DNA from: Octopus vulgaris
Lineage: Eukaryota
Assembly (NCBI GenBank): GCA_951406725.2
Contig: OX597817.1
Coordinates: 52,328,001 to 52,392,000 of the forward strand
Direction of reading: 5' to 3'
Length of the DNA: 64,000 bases
Shown here piece by piece: positions 11,185 to 24,289 of this stretch. The notes under the pieces were generated by a model that worked only from the letters and a program-made list of their open reading frames with translations, did no database searches and was not told where the DNA came from. A program made the translations under genes and the position numbers. The first letter of the stretch is position 1; every line of letters starts with the position of its first letter.

Positions 11185-12964
11185 GTATGTTTACATCTTA
11201 TAACATTTGCCCCATATTCGTCTAGCTTGCTCTATGCCATGCTACTTCATTTAATAAAAACGAAAAGTTCTATATTTTCTTGGTTCCACTTCATGTATAA
11301 TATTTCGTGTATTTTAAGATACGTAACCAATTTACATATATAAGGAAACCTACCAGAAACTAATTATATAGTTGCCCTTAAGTTTTTTGCTTGCACCAAA
11401 CCTAAGCAAGTGCAAAGACTTAAGTAGATATAAATATATATCCTAATGGTAACTTACCATAATTATAGAATGGTTTTATTTTTTTATGGCCTTTCGTTTT
11501 ATAGGTTCGTGAAAAGAAATAAATACTAATAAATGTTGGTTATTAAATTATTTGTAATGCCTAAGTTTTGCCGACAGCACCTAAAAAGGTACGGAGAGAT
11601 TTATTACACACCTGAATGATTGAAAAATATTTTTCTTATGTAAAAGAGAAAAGAATTCTCTCTTTTTTTTCTATCTCTCTCTCACATAACTGTGTTAATT
11701 CCAGTGCAACCCTTCGTTTTTGTCAAAGAAATTTTTTAAAATTTAGGAGATTTTTTTTTTCTACGCACATTGAGTAATTAAAAAAATAATTTTTGGTACT
11801 TTGTAAAAATTTAAGATATTTCTTAGGCACCATCAGTGATTGAAATTGAAATTATTGTTAATTAGCAAAAATTTAAGAGGTTTCTTACACACATTGTGTG
11901 ATTAAAAACCTTTTTTCTTTTTTTGGTAAATGGCAAAAATTTAGAGGTTTCTTTAGGCACCACGAGTGATTGAAAAAAAAATGTGGAGTAATTAGCAAGT
12001 TCTTGATTGGAGAAGTTTATTGAAGGAATAAAAAGAAATTGATTACATTTAAGTAGTTAACTAAGAAACACATACAGAAGTAATTCTTAACATCTTGCAA
12101 CCAAACTTTAATCAAATGCTGGGAGCATTAAGTACATACCTAAATGGTTGCAAAATTAATAGCAATTTAAGATCTTTAAAAGTTGTGACCATCACTCATT
12201 AGTTTCATCTGATGGACTTTTAATAACTTTTTATGATATAGTTGTTTTGTTTTTAGTACAACAGCTTTTTTTGTTGTACTTGTTTTTGTGAAACGAAGTT
12301 GTTAAAATTCCATCGGAAGGGTGAAGGTAATGTGTGTGTGTGTGTCACTTGCATTGCAGAATGTATTAAATAATGCTTAGCTTGGTGTGCTCTATACTTT
12401 CAGCCCCTTTTCTTGTTTATGCTGGGTATCAAATATTCAAAAGCCCCTAAAAAATATCTGAACTAAATTAACCAACGAAAAAGAAAAATTTTAGGACAAA
12501 TCAACGGAAGTTAATTATGTTATAATTAAAAGAAAAAGGGGTTAGCTGTTCAGTTATTTTCCCCCAACATTATTAACGTATGCAATTTTCGTGGATTGAG
12601 ACGAATATAGCATTTAGTTTTTATGTAATGTTTCTTACCAACTATTAGTTTTCGACTTGAATCCCATAAATTTATGACCCTTTATGTAAAAGAAATATAT
12701 AAAGGAAAAAGATCCAATTAAAAAGAAACATTATCTGCGCTAGTTTTAGGTTTGCTGAAAAAAAAAACTTAAAGTTTCCACTTCCATCCTATATATATAT
12801 ATAACACTTTTATAGTGTGCTGTATGTATGTATATATGTACATACAAAAACATTAAGTAAGCAGTATTGATAATTAACAAAATATGAAATGTATATTAAA
12901 GGAAAACAAAAAAAGTGGGTTGCATGCTTTATATATATCTATTTTATACACACACACACACATA

Positions 12965-13001
<37 letters not shown>

Positions 13002-15167
13002 TTTTATGAGAGAGAGAGTTTGTGGTGGGGGTATGTCGAATATTAAGTATTGCTTTTATTACTGGTTCTACCAGTGAGTGGTATTAATTGATATATATAT
13101 AGATATATATATTTGTTTTAATACCCGTGTAGTCAGTGGAATAACGGAAACAGATTAAGACTATTTTCGTGTTCAATACCGCGGGAGGAGATACTGCCCT
13201 CGGTTCTGGGGTAGTTGACTCAATACCAGTCATATGTTAGTCGACTGTACCTTTCCAATAAATTCATTTCAGCGTGTCAGTGTATGACATTATTAAATCT
13301 ACCTTGTATAATAATCATTAATTGTACTGTTTTATCAGAAGCTTCTCTGTTATTAGTGATAGACCTATTCACTCCAGTTACTACGAGGCCGCTACCACGC
13401 ATAACACTAGTAAATAGTTTCTAGTTACTAGTATACCACCACTACCATACATAACACTAGTTCTACTACAACTACTATTATTATTATTACTTTTTGTATC
13501 AGGCATCACCATCATCATCAGTGAAGTATCTTGTACACGGTCGCTCGACCAGAAATCTCTAGAGTAACACCATGCCGCCTTTTAAATATACAAGAGTACA
13601 TGAGAATTAGATAGTCTTTGATAAGCTCTTAAACAACGATGGTCGCGGTTGGAATGTCTTTGATCACATGTCTGCTCGACCAGTTTTGAACTGGATCTCA
13701 ATAACAACAAACAAATCAGTCAAGCAGGGGGGGGGGGGGCTCTAAGGACTTGCTAGAAATAATAGTAACCGACTCTTTCAGATCATTATTCGTTTTTGAA
13801 CAAAGAAAGAAGGACAACAGTTAACGATGTCTGGCGAAAAGACAGCATGGTCATAGGTGGAATTCTTTTGATCGTAGTTCGGCTTAGGTGAATGGTGGCT
13901 GGGGTTGCCTCGGGGCCGAACACTATTGCTGGACTGTTATTATTTTTGGCTGCTGCTGCTGCTAACACTTTTGACACCACCATCATCACCACCACCATAT
14001 ACTACTATTACTACGACTTATAAAACGGTACTGTTGTTGTTTAACCCTGACCAACAAATCTACAGTCCGAGGAGTTTCCAAACCGTGACCATCCCGTTTA
14101 TTCTCCAGGCACAGTATATTATGAACTGTTATACACTCCTTTTTTTTCTTAAGATGGTTAGAGTGTAACTGTAGGCTGCTGTTTCTAGCAAATCGAGCGA
14201 CCACGTTGATCTGAGTCTGTGACGCAAACCCACTCACACCTGACATTTTATAATGGTTAATTGGCTTAATTGTGACCTCAAGATCATTACCGTTAGCTAC
14301 CGAATTATAACAGATCTTATATTGTTAGTTTCTTGTATTGTTGTATTTGCTTCTTTGTAGCTAAACACGAAATCCTTTCTGCTTTAAGGGAAGTGAGAAA
14401 AATCTGTAGCGTCATCCATGCCTTTCCCAAATGAAATAACTCCAGCTGGGAATTGAAACTGAATCTCAGTCGTAGATTTCTGAAACCATACAACACTTGC
14501 TAAACTTAAAGTGCTGTGATTTATACTATACTTGCTACTACTACGACTACTATTATTACTTAGTTTATCACCAGTTTTTTTGTATCAGTCTCTCTGAAGT
14601 TTATGAGTTCGAGAAATAAGAATTTCTCGTATAGGGTCAAGACCACAAATTTGTAAATAGACGCACACTCGCACACGAGGGGTTGTTGAAAAAGTTTCTG
14701 GCTTTGAGTAAAAGAAAATACGGGAGGATCAGCTATAACTATATTGAACATGTTCCCCCTCTCAGATTCACACATTTATTGCAGTGGTCTTTCAGTTTTT
14801 CTGAATGTATATGGGAAAGATAACACTTTTACCCTTCCCCCCAAAATGTCTCAAAATATCACCCTGAGTCCTATATGTGAAGTTGGGCCCATATTACATG
14901 CTTTAATGCGCTAATAATTTATTTCCCTGAGTATGTACTGCTGAAATTAGGGTGCATCTTATATGCTCTGCATCTTTTATACCAGTGGCTCCCAACCTAT
15001 GTATGGTTTGCAATGGTAGTACTGGGTTTGTGAACTAAATTCAAAATTTCATATATATATATAATGATGGTTGCCCCTTCGTTATTGAGTATGGCCATTG
15101 CATGAAGCTTAACTGTTATTGGTGCTGTTATCGAATGTGACTTTTTAGCCCAGCTAAAGATCTACAA

Positions 15168-15328
15168 TATACATACATATATGTACATACCTACATCTAT
15201 ATGCATATATACATATATGTACATACCTACATCTATATGCATATATACATATATGTACATACCTACATCTATATGCATATATACATATATGTACATACCT
15301 ACATCTATATGTATATACACATGCATAT
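15168..15328. repeat. 36-bp minisatellite, about 4 copies (ATATACATATATGTACATACCTACATCTATATGCAT)
   Basis: Direct tandem repetition; produces the [15 protein letters not shown] artefact. Confidence 0.9.
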
Positions 15329-15596
15329 ATGGGTGCAGGACATCAAAAAAACGTTGAACACAATGAGAAACAAAAACATGGAAACAAACTATTTTTCAAA
15401 CAACGAAAAAACAGAGTACAAGACATACAACACAAGGAATATTCTCCTTCTTCAGTTGTCCCTGTTTCATCTACTTTGCGTTTCGAAGGTAAGGGCAAGA
15501 TGCGACTTCATTGAAACAGTCCTTCCTGCAAAGCAAATTAAATAAAATTTGGGATTTTTTTGTGGAGGGGTAAAAGTAGTAACAAGAACATGACAG

Positions 15597-15642
<46 letters not shown>

Positions 15643-18600
15643 AAGATAAGCATATTAAAAGGGGTTCGTGGAAAAACACCTTTAAATAAAAGGGGTCTTT
15701 GGTAGTGTAAAGGTTGAGAATCATTGTTTTATACCATCAAATGTAGGTTCCGTGTAGTCACACCATTTGCTCAATGCACCAATCAAATCTCCCTCCATGT
15801 TCTGTCAACTGTCTTTTAACATGGGCACTATATATTTAATTCCAAGAAGACCACTCTAATATACAAAACCCTTTTATAAATCACAAGAATCCATAGAGAT
15901 AATGCTTCAACTGTAGGTTTTGTAAAGAAGGCTTGTCTATCGCAGATAATTGCATTCACGAGTTCTTGATGCTTGTTCCCTGCAGTGAGATCCATTCAGG
16001 TAATGTTGTGTCCTTCTTGATTATTATATGTGACAAACTAGCAGAGTTGTTATGCATGTCAGACAAAATGTATTGTGGCATGTCTTTTGGCTCTGTATGT
16101 TCTGGGTTCAAATCCTGCCAAAGTCAACTTGGTTTTCGTGCCTTCAGAATTGACAAAATAAAGTACTAGCTGGGTATTGTTCTCTTCTGTCAAAAATTGC
16201 TGGCCTTAAACATTGCAATGGATTGGTGTTCCATTCATGAGGATATTGTGATCTTGGTCACTTATCCCCATGGAAACTAGGTAACTGGCCTTAGTCCAGG
16301 CACTCAAGAAAACTTTGAAAATAAAAAAAAAATAACTACAGCACTAATCAATGGATTCTTTGTTAGGCTTATCATCATAGAACCGTTGACTATTTATAGT
16401 AAACAAAACCTCTTTAGCCTGCAAAAATCCTCATTGATTTGACATCCATTCTTTTCATACGTTGATAAACTCTATAGTACAGCTTACTAAACCACTGCTG
16501 CTCAATTCTGCATCAGTTGGTCATTCTCTAATCTGACCGCATTGCTTCCCTGTTTTCTTTACCTAGATATTCCTCCCCAGCATCAATAATACATGACACT
16601 TGCATGTCTATACTTGCACAACACTACCTTTTCTTGCATACGTTGGTTAATACATGTCAGAAGTAAATGGATCCAGCGATGTAGTTATGTATTTATAAAA
16701 CAAATATTGTCACTGGGGCTTGGCACATTTGTCCGACTCCTCGGCTCTTGTCAGAGCATCTAACCCATACTAGTGTAGAAAAAAGGACGTAAATGATAAC
16801 TTCCCCATATTATCATGGGTTGGACATGACTTCTTGATTTAGTCTTTCCTGGCCAGATGCCCTTCCTAATTGCTAACCCAGTCATCCCCTACAATGCATA
16901 GGAACACTGTGTACCTATCCTAAAACTTAGTATGCACAATATGTAAATAGTTGGCAAATTTTAATCAACTGAACCCATCTTTTTTTTTTCCTTCTTCGCA
17001 TATAAGTGGATTTTTTATTTGCCACAAGGGGATAACACAGGAAAGGACAACTCAATCTGATTGGGGTCAGATGGAAGAATGGATATTACATTAAGATGAC
17101 ATAAAAAATTTACAAAATAGAATATAAATAAATCGAATGACAGAACTGACCGGAAGACATTATGGATGGAGTGGGGAGGCAGGTTCAATTTGGACCCCAC
17201 GAGCCCCACCTCACCACTGATACCTGAGATACATCCTGCATTGCATTCATGAGGTTACATTCATTTGCAACATCCGTGCTACATTCTTCCATTGATTTTC
17301 AAACATTTTCATTTAATTGCAGACATAGCTATGTGGTTAAGGGGCTTGCTTTGCAGCCATGTGGTTTTGGGTTCAGTCCCACTGCACACCATCTTTGGTA
17401 AGCCTCTTCTAGAGGATTACAACTAGACAAACACATGTTACCTATTTCTTTACTGCCCACAGAGTGGACAAACAAGGACAGACAAATGGATTAAGTCAAT
17501 TACATTGACCCCAGTGCGTAACTGGTACTTAATTTATTGACCCCGAAAGGATGAAAGGCAAAGTCGACCTTGGCGGAATTTGAACTCAGAATGTAACGGC
17601 AGACGAAATACTGCAAAGCATTTCATCCGGCGTGCTAACAATTCTGCCAGCTCGCTGCCAAAGACACACATATTACCATTTATTACATTACATTCAATTC
17701 GCCATACATTATTCATTTCATTATCCATCCTCTTTTCTTTCACATTTCAAGTATACTGAAGACCTTTGCTGAAGCAGTGACAAATAAGGGTCTTCAGTAT
17801 ATCTGAAATGTGAAGAAGATGATGTATAATGTATGTCGAATTGAAAGTAATAAATAATGTGCAGGTGGCACATAAAAAGCACCATTTGGGCGTGGCCGTT
17901 GCCAGTACCGCCTGACTGGCCCTTGTGCCGGTGGCACATAAAAGCACCCACTACACTCTCGGAGTGGTTGGCGTTAGGAAGGGCATCCAGCTGTAGAAAC
18001 TCTGCCAGATCAATACTGGAATCTGGTGCAGCCATCTGGTTCGCCAGAGCTCAGTGAAATCATCCAACCTATGCTAGCATGAAAAGCGGATATTAAACGA
18101 TGATGATGATGATATTTGTGTTTAGTTGTAATCCTCTATCTTCTACTATAGCTCTGGGCCAACAAAGGCCTTGTGAGTGAATTTTGTAAACAGAAACTGT
18201 ATGGAAGCACATGTCTTGTGAATAGATATATACATAGCCGGGTGGTTAGATCGTTGGGTAAACTGCTTCGCAACATCGATCCGGCTCCTGCGCTATAGGC
18301 TCAAATCCTGCCAAGGGTAATTTTACATTTCATTTTTAGGTGTAGGAGTGGTTGTGTGGTAAGTAGCTTGCTTACCAACCACATGGTTCTGTGTTCAGTC
18401 CCACTGCGTGGTACCTTGGCAAGTGTCTTCTACTATAACCTTGGGCCAACCAAAGACTTGAGTGGTTTTGGTAGACGGAAACTGAAAGAAGCCCATTGTA
18501 TATATGTATGTATGTTTGTGTGTGTGTTTGTCCCCCCCAACATCGCTTGACAACCGATGCTGGTGTGTTTACGTCCAAGTAACTTAGCAGTTCGGCAAAA

Positions 18601-19366
18601 GAGACTGATAGAATAAGTACTAGGCTTACAAAGAATAAGTCCTGGAATTGATTTGTTCGACTAAAGGCGGTGTGCCAGCATGGCCACAGTCAAGTGACTG
18701 AAACAAGTAAAAGAGTACATGTGTGTGTTTGTCCTCTTCCAGTGCTTGATTGCTGGTATTGGTTTGTTTACGTCTCTGTAACTTAGCAATTTGGTAATAA
18801 AGTACTAAAGTTGCAAAAAAAAAACAGTACTGGGGTTGATTTGTTTAACTAACCCGACAATGTGGTGCCCCAGCATCACTGCAGTCCGATGACTGAAACA
18901 AAATAGGAAAGAAGATAAATTTCCAAAGTTCAATCATTACAACAAATAATGAACTTTGACCTTTCCTAAAAATGACCCCTAATTTTATAAGATAAAAGTG
19001 GTAAACGTCTAATATTTTCTACACTAAATGTCAGTGATGAAGAACACCTTTTGAAATGGAATACATAGGTATCCGTTATCAAAAGAAATCATTCTAACTA
19101 TTAAAAACAGAACAAAAAATCAGTCCAATGAGGAGGTGCAGGCGTAGCTGTGTAGGTTTGCAAAGATCTGCTTCACAACCACAAGGTTTTGAGTTTGGTT
19201 CTATTGCATGGCACAATGACTTCATGAGAAAGTGTCTCCTACTGTGGCCTCATGCTGTCCAGTGCCGTGTCAGAAGACGTGTGTGTGTTTACACACACAC
19301 ATCATGCAAGCATGGAAAGCAGGCTTTACATAATGATGTGGATTATATATATATATATATATATAT

Positions 19367-19941
19367 TTCGAACTTTAGGCCTCACTGAGGAAATGACCAG
19401 CGACCGAGACCTCTGGAAATATGCTGTACGTGAGAAGACCAGGCAGGACAAGTGAGCCCAGCCCACTTATGAATGCCTTTCCTCCCTTGGACACAAAGAC
19501 CTGTTGAGGCAAGCGAAGTCGATATAGAACCTCATCTGACGACAGGCACCCATGCCAACCCCCTTTGCTTGCGAAGACATGTTGGGGCAAGCGAAATCGA
19601 ATTGAACCAGCCAGGATCCCTGGTCTGGTGGTACGTAAAAAGCACTATCCGACTCGTGGCCGATGCCAGCGCCGCCTTGGCTGGCTTCCGTGCCGGTGGC
19701 ACATAAAATACACCAATCCGACCGTGGCCGTTGCCAGCATCGCCTGGCACCTGTGCAGGTGGCACGTAAAAGGCACCCACTACACTCAAGGAGTGGTTGG
19801 CGTAAGGAAGGGCATCCAGCTGTAGAAACATTGCCAGATAAGACTGGAGCCTGGTGCAGCCTTCTGGCTTCCCAGATCCCCGGTCGAACCGTCCAACCCA
19901 TGCTAGCATGGAGAACGGACGTTAAACGATGATGATGATGA
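19367..19941 (+). mobile_element. RTE LINE 3' end, 5'-truncated
   Basis: FRTLGLTEEMTSDRDLWKYAVREKTRQDK* plus the same 3'UTR and (GAT)n tail. Confidence 0.9.
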
Positions 19942-20040
19942 TACAAGTGTATGTATATACACTCCGTGAGTGTGTGCGTATGTATACACATGTGTGTGTG
20001 TATACGTATGTATATACACTCGTGTGTTTGAGGATGTGTG

Positions 20041-20084
<44 letters not shown>

Positions 20085-20538
20085 GATAGTACATGCTTCT
20101 TTCAAGTTATTCAATACAATTAGTTTTTAAATTCATCCACCTTAAACCCAAGACGCAGATAATCATCTTGATAAACTTGACAGCCTCCTAAATTGTTTCT
20201 GTTGTGAGTTAAACAATGACACTGACAGTTGTTATACCATGTGACATCCATGCCCACCTCAGTAGACCGAGAGCTATGTTAAATATGTTGATATCCATTT
20301 GAATGAGGTGGTCACTACATACGTCTAAGAATTCTGAAAGAAGAAAAATCATTGCAACAGGCGCAGGAGTGGCTGTGTGGTAAGTAGCTTGCTTACCAAC
20401 CACATGGTTCCGGGTTCAGTCCCACTGCATAGCACCTTGGTCAAGTGTCTTCTACTATAGCCTCGGGCCGACCAAAGCTTTGTGAGTGGATTTGATAGAC
20501 AGAAATTGAAAGAAGCCCATCGTATCTGTGTGTGTATT

Positions 20539-20586
<48 letters not shown>

Positions 20587-23287
20587 AGTGTCCGTGTTTG
20601 TTCTCCCAACATCACTTGACAACTGATGGTGGTGTGTTTACATCCCCGTAATTAGCGGTTTGGCAAAAGAGACCGATAGAATAAGTACTACGCTTACAAA
20701 GAATAAGTCCTGGGGTTGATTTGCTCGACTAAAGGCGGTGCTCCAGCATGGCCGCAGTCAAATGACTGAAACAAGTAAAAGTAAAAGAGAGTATATAGTA
20801 AGAAATTTGCTTCCCAATCACATGGTTCTAGGTTCAGTCCCACTGCACGGCACCTTGGGCAAACTTTAGTACCATAGATGGGCAAAATGCTGCTAAGCAG
20901 TTTTCCCCATGTGCTAACTATTCTAGCAACTTGCATGGAACAGAAGGTTTTTAATATTATTGGGTAAATAGGGTGGTGTGCTGGCAGAATCGTTAGCTGG
21001 TGGGTGAAATGCTTAGTGATATTCCATCTGCTGTTATGTTCTGAGTTCAAATTCTGCCGTGGTTGACTTTGCCTTTCATCCTTTCGAGATCGGTAAATTA
21101 AGTACCAGTTGCATACTGGAGTCGATCTAATTGATTGACCCCCCCCCCCCACCTCCAGCCAAAATTTTGGGCTGTGTGTTTCTTGTAGAAAAGAATTGTT
21201 AGCATGCTGGGCAAAATGTTTAGCAGTATTTTGTCTGCTGTTATTCTCTGTGTTCAAATTCCGATGGGGTTGAATTTGCCTTTCATCTTTCAGGGTCGAT
21301 TAAATAAGTACCAGTTACACACTGGGGTCAATATAATTGACTTAATCCGTTTGTCCTCTCTGTGTTTAGCCCCTTGTGGTTAGTAAAAGAAATAGGTATT
21401 TCGTCTGCCGTTATGCTCTATGTTCAAATTCCGCCGGGGTTCACTTTACCTTTATCCTTTCGGGGTCGATAAATTAAGTACCAGTTACACACTTGGGTCG
21501 ATGTAATCAACTTAACCCCGTTTGTCTGTCCTTGTTTGTCCCCTCTGTGTTTAGCCCCTGTGGGCAATAAATAAATAAATATTATTAGGTTAGCCTTGTT
21601 ATCTACATCTTCAAACCATCAGTTTCAAGAAGACCATGACTTCTAACATAATCCACTACTGCCACAAGTATAACTTCAAACCAAGGGTCCATTTCGTAGC
21701 AGCCCAACTTGTTATACTGCCCCATGCATTTCTTGCAGCCATTAACTTGTTCAAAATCAAAAGAACTGTATTAATTTCACTAATTTTGGGGAGGTCTGCT
21801 AAGCCCCTAAGCATTGTCCTTCTGACAAATTCAGTCATTGACCCATTACCATTCAGGTTACTCTATCAACTACAATGCATATTTTCTTTTATTTGTTTCA
21901 ATCATTTGACTGTGTTCATGCTGGAACACTGCCTTTAGTCGAACAACTTGACCGCAGGACTTATTTTTTGGTAAACCTAGTACTTATTCTGTCAGTTTCT
22001 TTTTGCCGAACCGCTAAGTTACAGGAACATAAACACACCGGCATCGGTTGTCAAGCAGTGGTGGGGGAGCAAACATACACACACATATATATGATGGGCT
22101 TCTTTCAGTTTCTGTCTACCAGATCTACTTTTGAAGCTTTGGTCAGCTCGAGACTACAGTAGAAGTCACTTGCCCAAGGTGCCACGCAGTGGGACTGAAC
22201 CCAGAACCATGTGGTTGGTAGGCAAGCTGGCAGAATCGTTAGCATGCCTGGCGGTATTTCGTCTGTGATTACTTTCTGAGTTCAAATTCTGCTGAGGTCG
22301 ACTTCGCTTTTCATCCTTTCAGGGTCAATTAAATAAGTACCCGTTACGCGTTGGGGTCGATGTAATCGACTTAATCCCTTTGTCTTTGTTTGCCCCACTA
22401 TGTTTAGCCCCTCCCCCCGTGAGCAATAAAAAAAAATATTCACAATGTTTTAAATTAATCCTGCATTATCTTGGAAATTTGAGATTTTGAATATGTGATT
22501 GTTTATCCCCAAAATGACATTGTAGGGTAGGTGTGAGAAACCAGAATATTTGGGCTGGAATATGGCCGGTTTAAATGCGAAAGGGTTAAATGAAAAAAGT
22601 TAATGATGTGATTGATATGACCGTTATACCCTTAAATATTTGAACTAGTTTTCTCATCATAGCAGGATACAGTCACATTGTGTGCTATCATACCCTCTGG
22701 TATTCTTAAGGTGCCTCTTGTATTATCGGAGTATAATAACGATAGTTTCTTCATCTCAGAAATTCAGATAAAATCTGAATTGTGATGGGAGTTAGTGAAT
22801 TCTTGCCCCTACCTCCACCAAACTGTGATAAACTTATCTGATTTGGGAGAAACGGCTGTTTGAGAAAACTCTTGGTCTGTGTCAGCCCCAAATCATTATC
22901 CTTGTTTTAAAGCCTACTTTTCCATGCTTGCATGGGTTGGAGAGAATTTGTTGAGGTAGACTTGCTTATGGTCAGATTCTCTTCCTGTTACAATCCCTCA
23001 TCTGTTTCCATGTAAGATAATAATTTCCCATGATCAGACATGCTTCTATAGACTGAAAACAAATGCTGCTGCTTGCATGATGGGGACACTCATCTCACAG
23101 TCAAAACAGAGAGATAGTAATACACACACATCACACATGTAAATGTACATACATACACAATGGGCTTCTTTCAGTTTCTATCTACCTAAGTGACACACAG
23201 GGCTTTAGTCAGCTTGAGGCTGTTGTAGAAAGCACTTGCCCAGGGTGCCATGCTGTAGGACTGAACTCGGAACTAAGTGGTTAAAAA

Positions 23288-23708
23288 TAGGGTTGTGGGG
23301 TCAAAACAAAAAATTTTGACTCTGACTCCTGTACTATTGGCACCTCTGATTCTGACTCCCGTACTATTGGCACCTCTGATTCTGACTCCTGTACTATTGG
23401 CACCTCTGATTCTGACTCCTGTACTATTGGCACCTCTGAATCTGACTCTTGTACTATTGGCACCTCTGAATCTGACTCTTGTACTATTGGCACCTCCGAT
23501 TCCGACTCTGACTCCTCTTTACGTAATTAACTGATTGTGGTCTACATATCCCATAAAGCATATGCATATGCTTGTACTTTGAGTCAACCTATATGTTATA
23601 ACTGGTTTATATTCAAGAATAAAGATATTGTGAGTCGGAATCAGTCGGTATAGTTTTAGCGATTCCAGCTACCCCTTAATTGTTTCCGATTCCGACTCCT
23701 CAGCCCTG
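23288..23708. mobile_element. hAT-type MITE with an internal 30-bp tandem array, inserted into a SINE
   Basis: 8-bp TSD GTTAAAAA at 23280-23287 and 23709-23716; imperfect TIRs TAGGGTTGTGGGGTC / GACTCCTCAGCCCTG; about 6 copies of GATTCTGACTCCTGTACTATTGGCACCTCT. Confidence 0.85.
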
Positions 23709-23835
23709 GTTAAAAAGCAAATTTCTTACCACATAGTCACATCTATGCTCTTGAGCAACGGTTCTCAATCATTTTGTACCCATGGATCCCTTTAATTCCT
23801 GTTTTACTCAGGTGGACCCTCTTAGCCTCTGATGT

Positions 23836-24289
23836 TTAACCCTTTCATTACTGTATTTCTGTTGAGATGCTCTGTACTTCTTTCAATTAATTTTAAATCT
23901 AACAAAGAATTTAGTAAAATAACTTCGTTATCATTCAGCGAGTGTTAGGAACATAAATTGTGACTAAGGTTTGGTGGAAGATTTTAATTCAAAACTTATG
24001 AAAACAATACATTTGTACTATAGAGCCAGAAGTGGTTTCAGCTGGGTTGGTATCGAAAGGGTTAATGCCTTGACCTTTTTACTACCATATTTCTGTTGAG
24101 ATGTTCTGTGTTTCTTTCAATTAATTTTAAATATAAAGAATTTAGTAAAATAACTTAGTTATCATTAAGCTGGTGTTAGGAGCATAAATTGTGACTAAGG
24201 TTTGGTGGAAGATTTTAATTCAAAACTTATGAAAATGAGACATTTATACTCAGAGGCAGTTTCAGCCGGGTTGGTATCGAAAGGGTTAA
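23836..24289. mobile_element. piggyBac-like MITE tandem dimer (TTAA-flanked), nested in a hAT-like MITE (about 23755-24810)
   Basis: TTAACCCTTTC...GAAAGGGTTAA termini, about 225-bp unit x2. Confidence 0.8.

Noticed and set aside
23277-23534. ORFs with LILTPVLLAP / ESESEVPIVQ repeats
   Set aside because: 30-bp tandem array inside a TSD-flanked hAT MITE.
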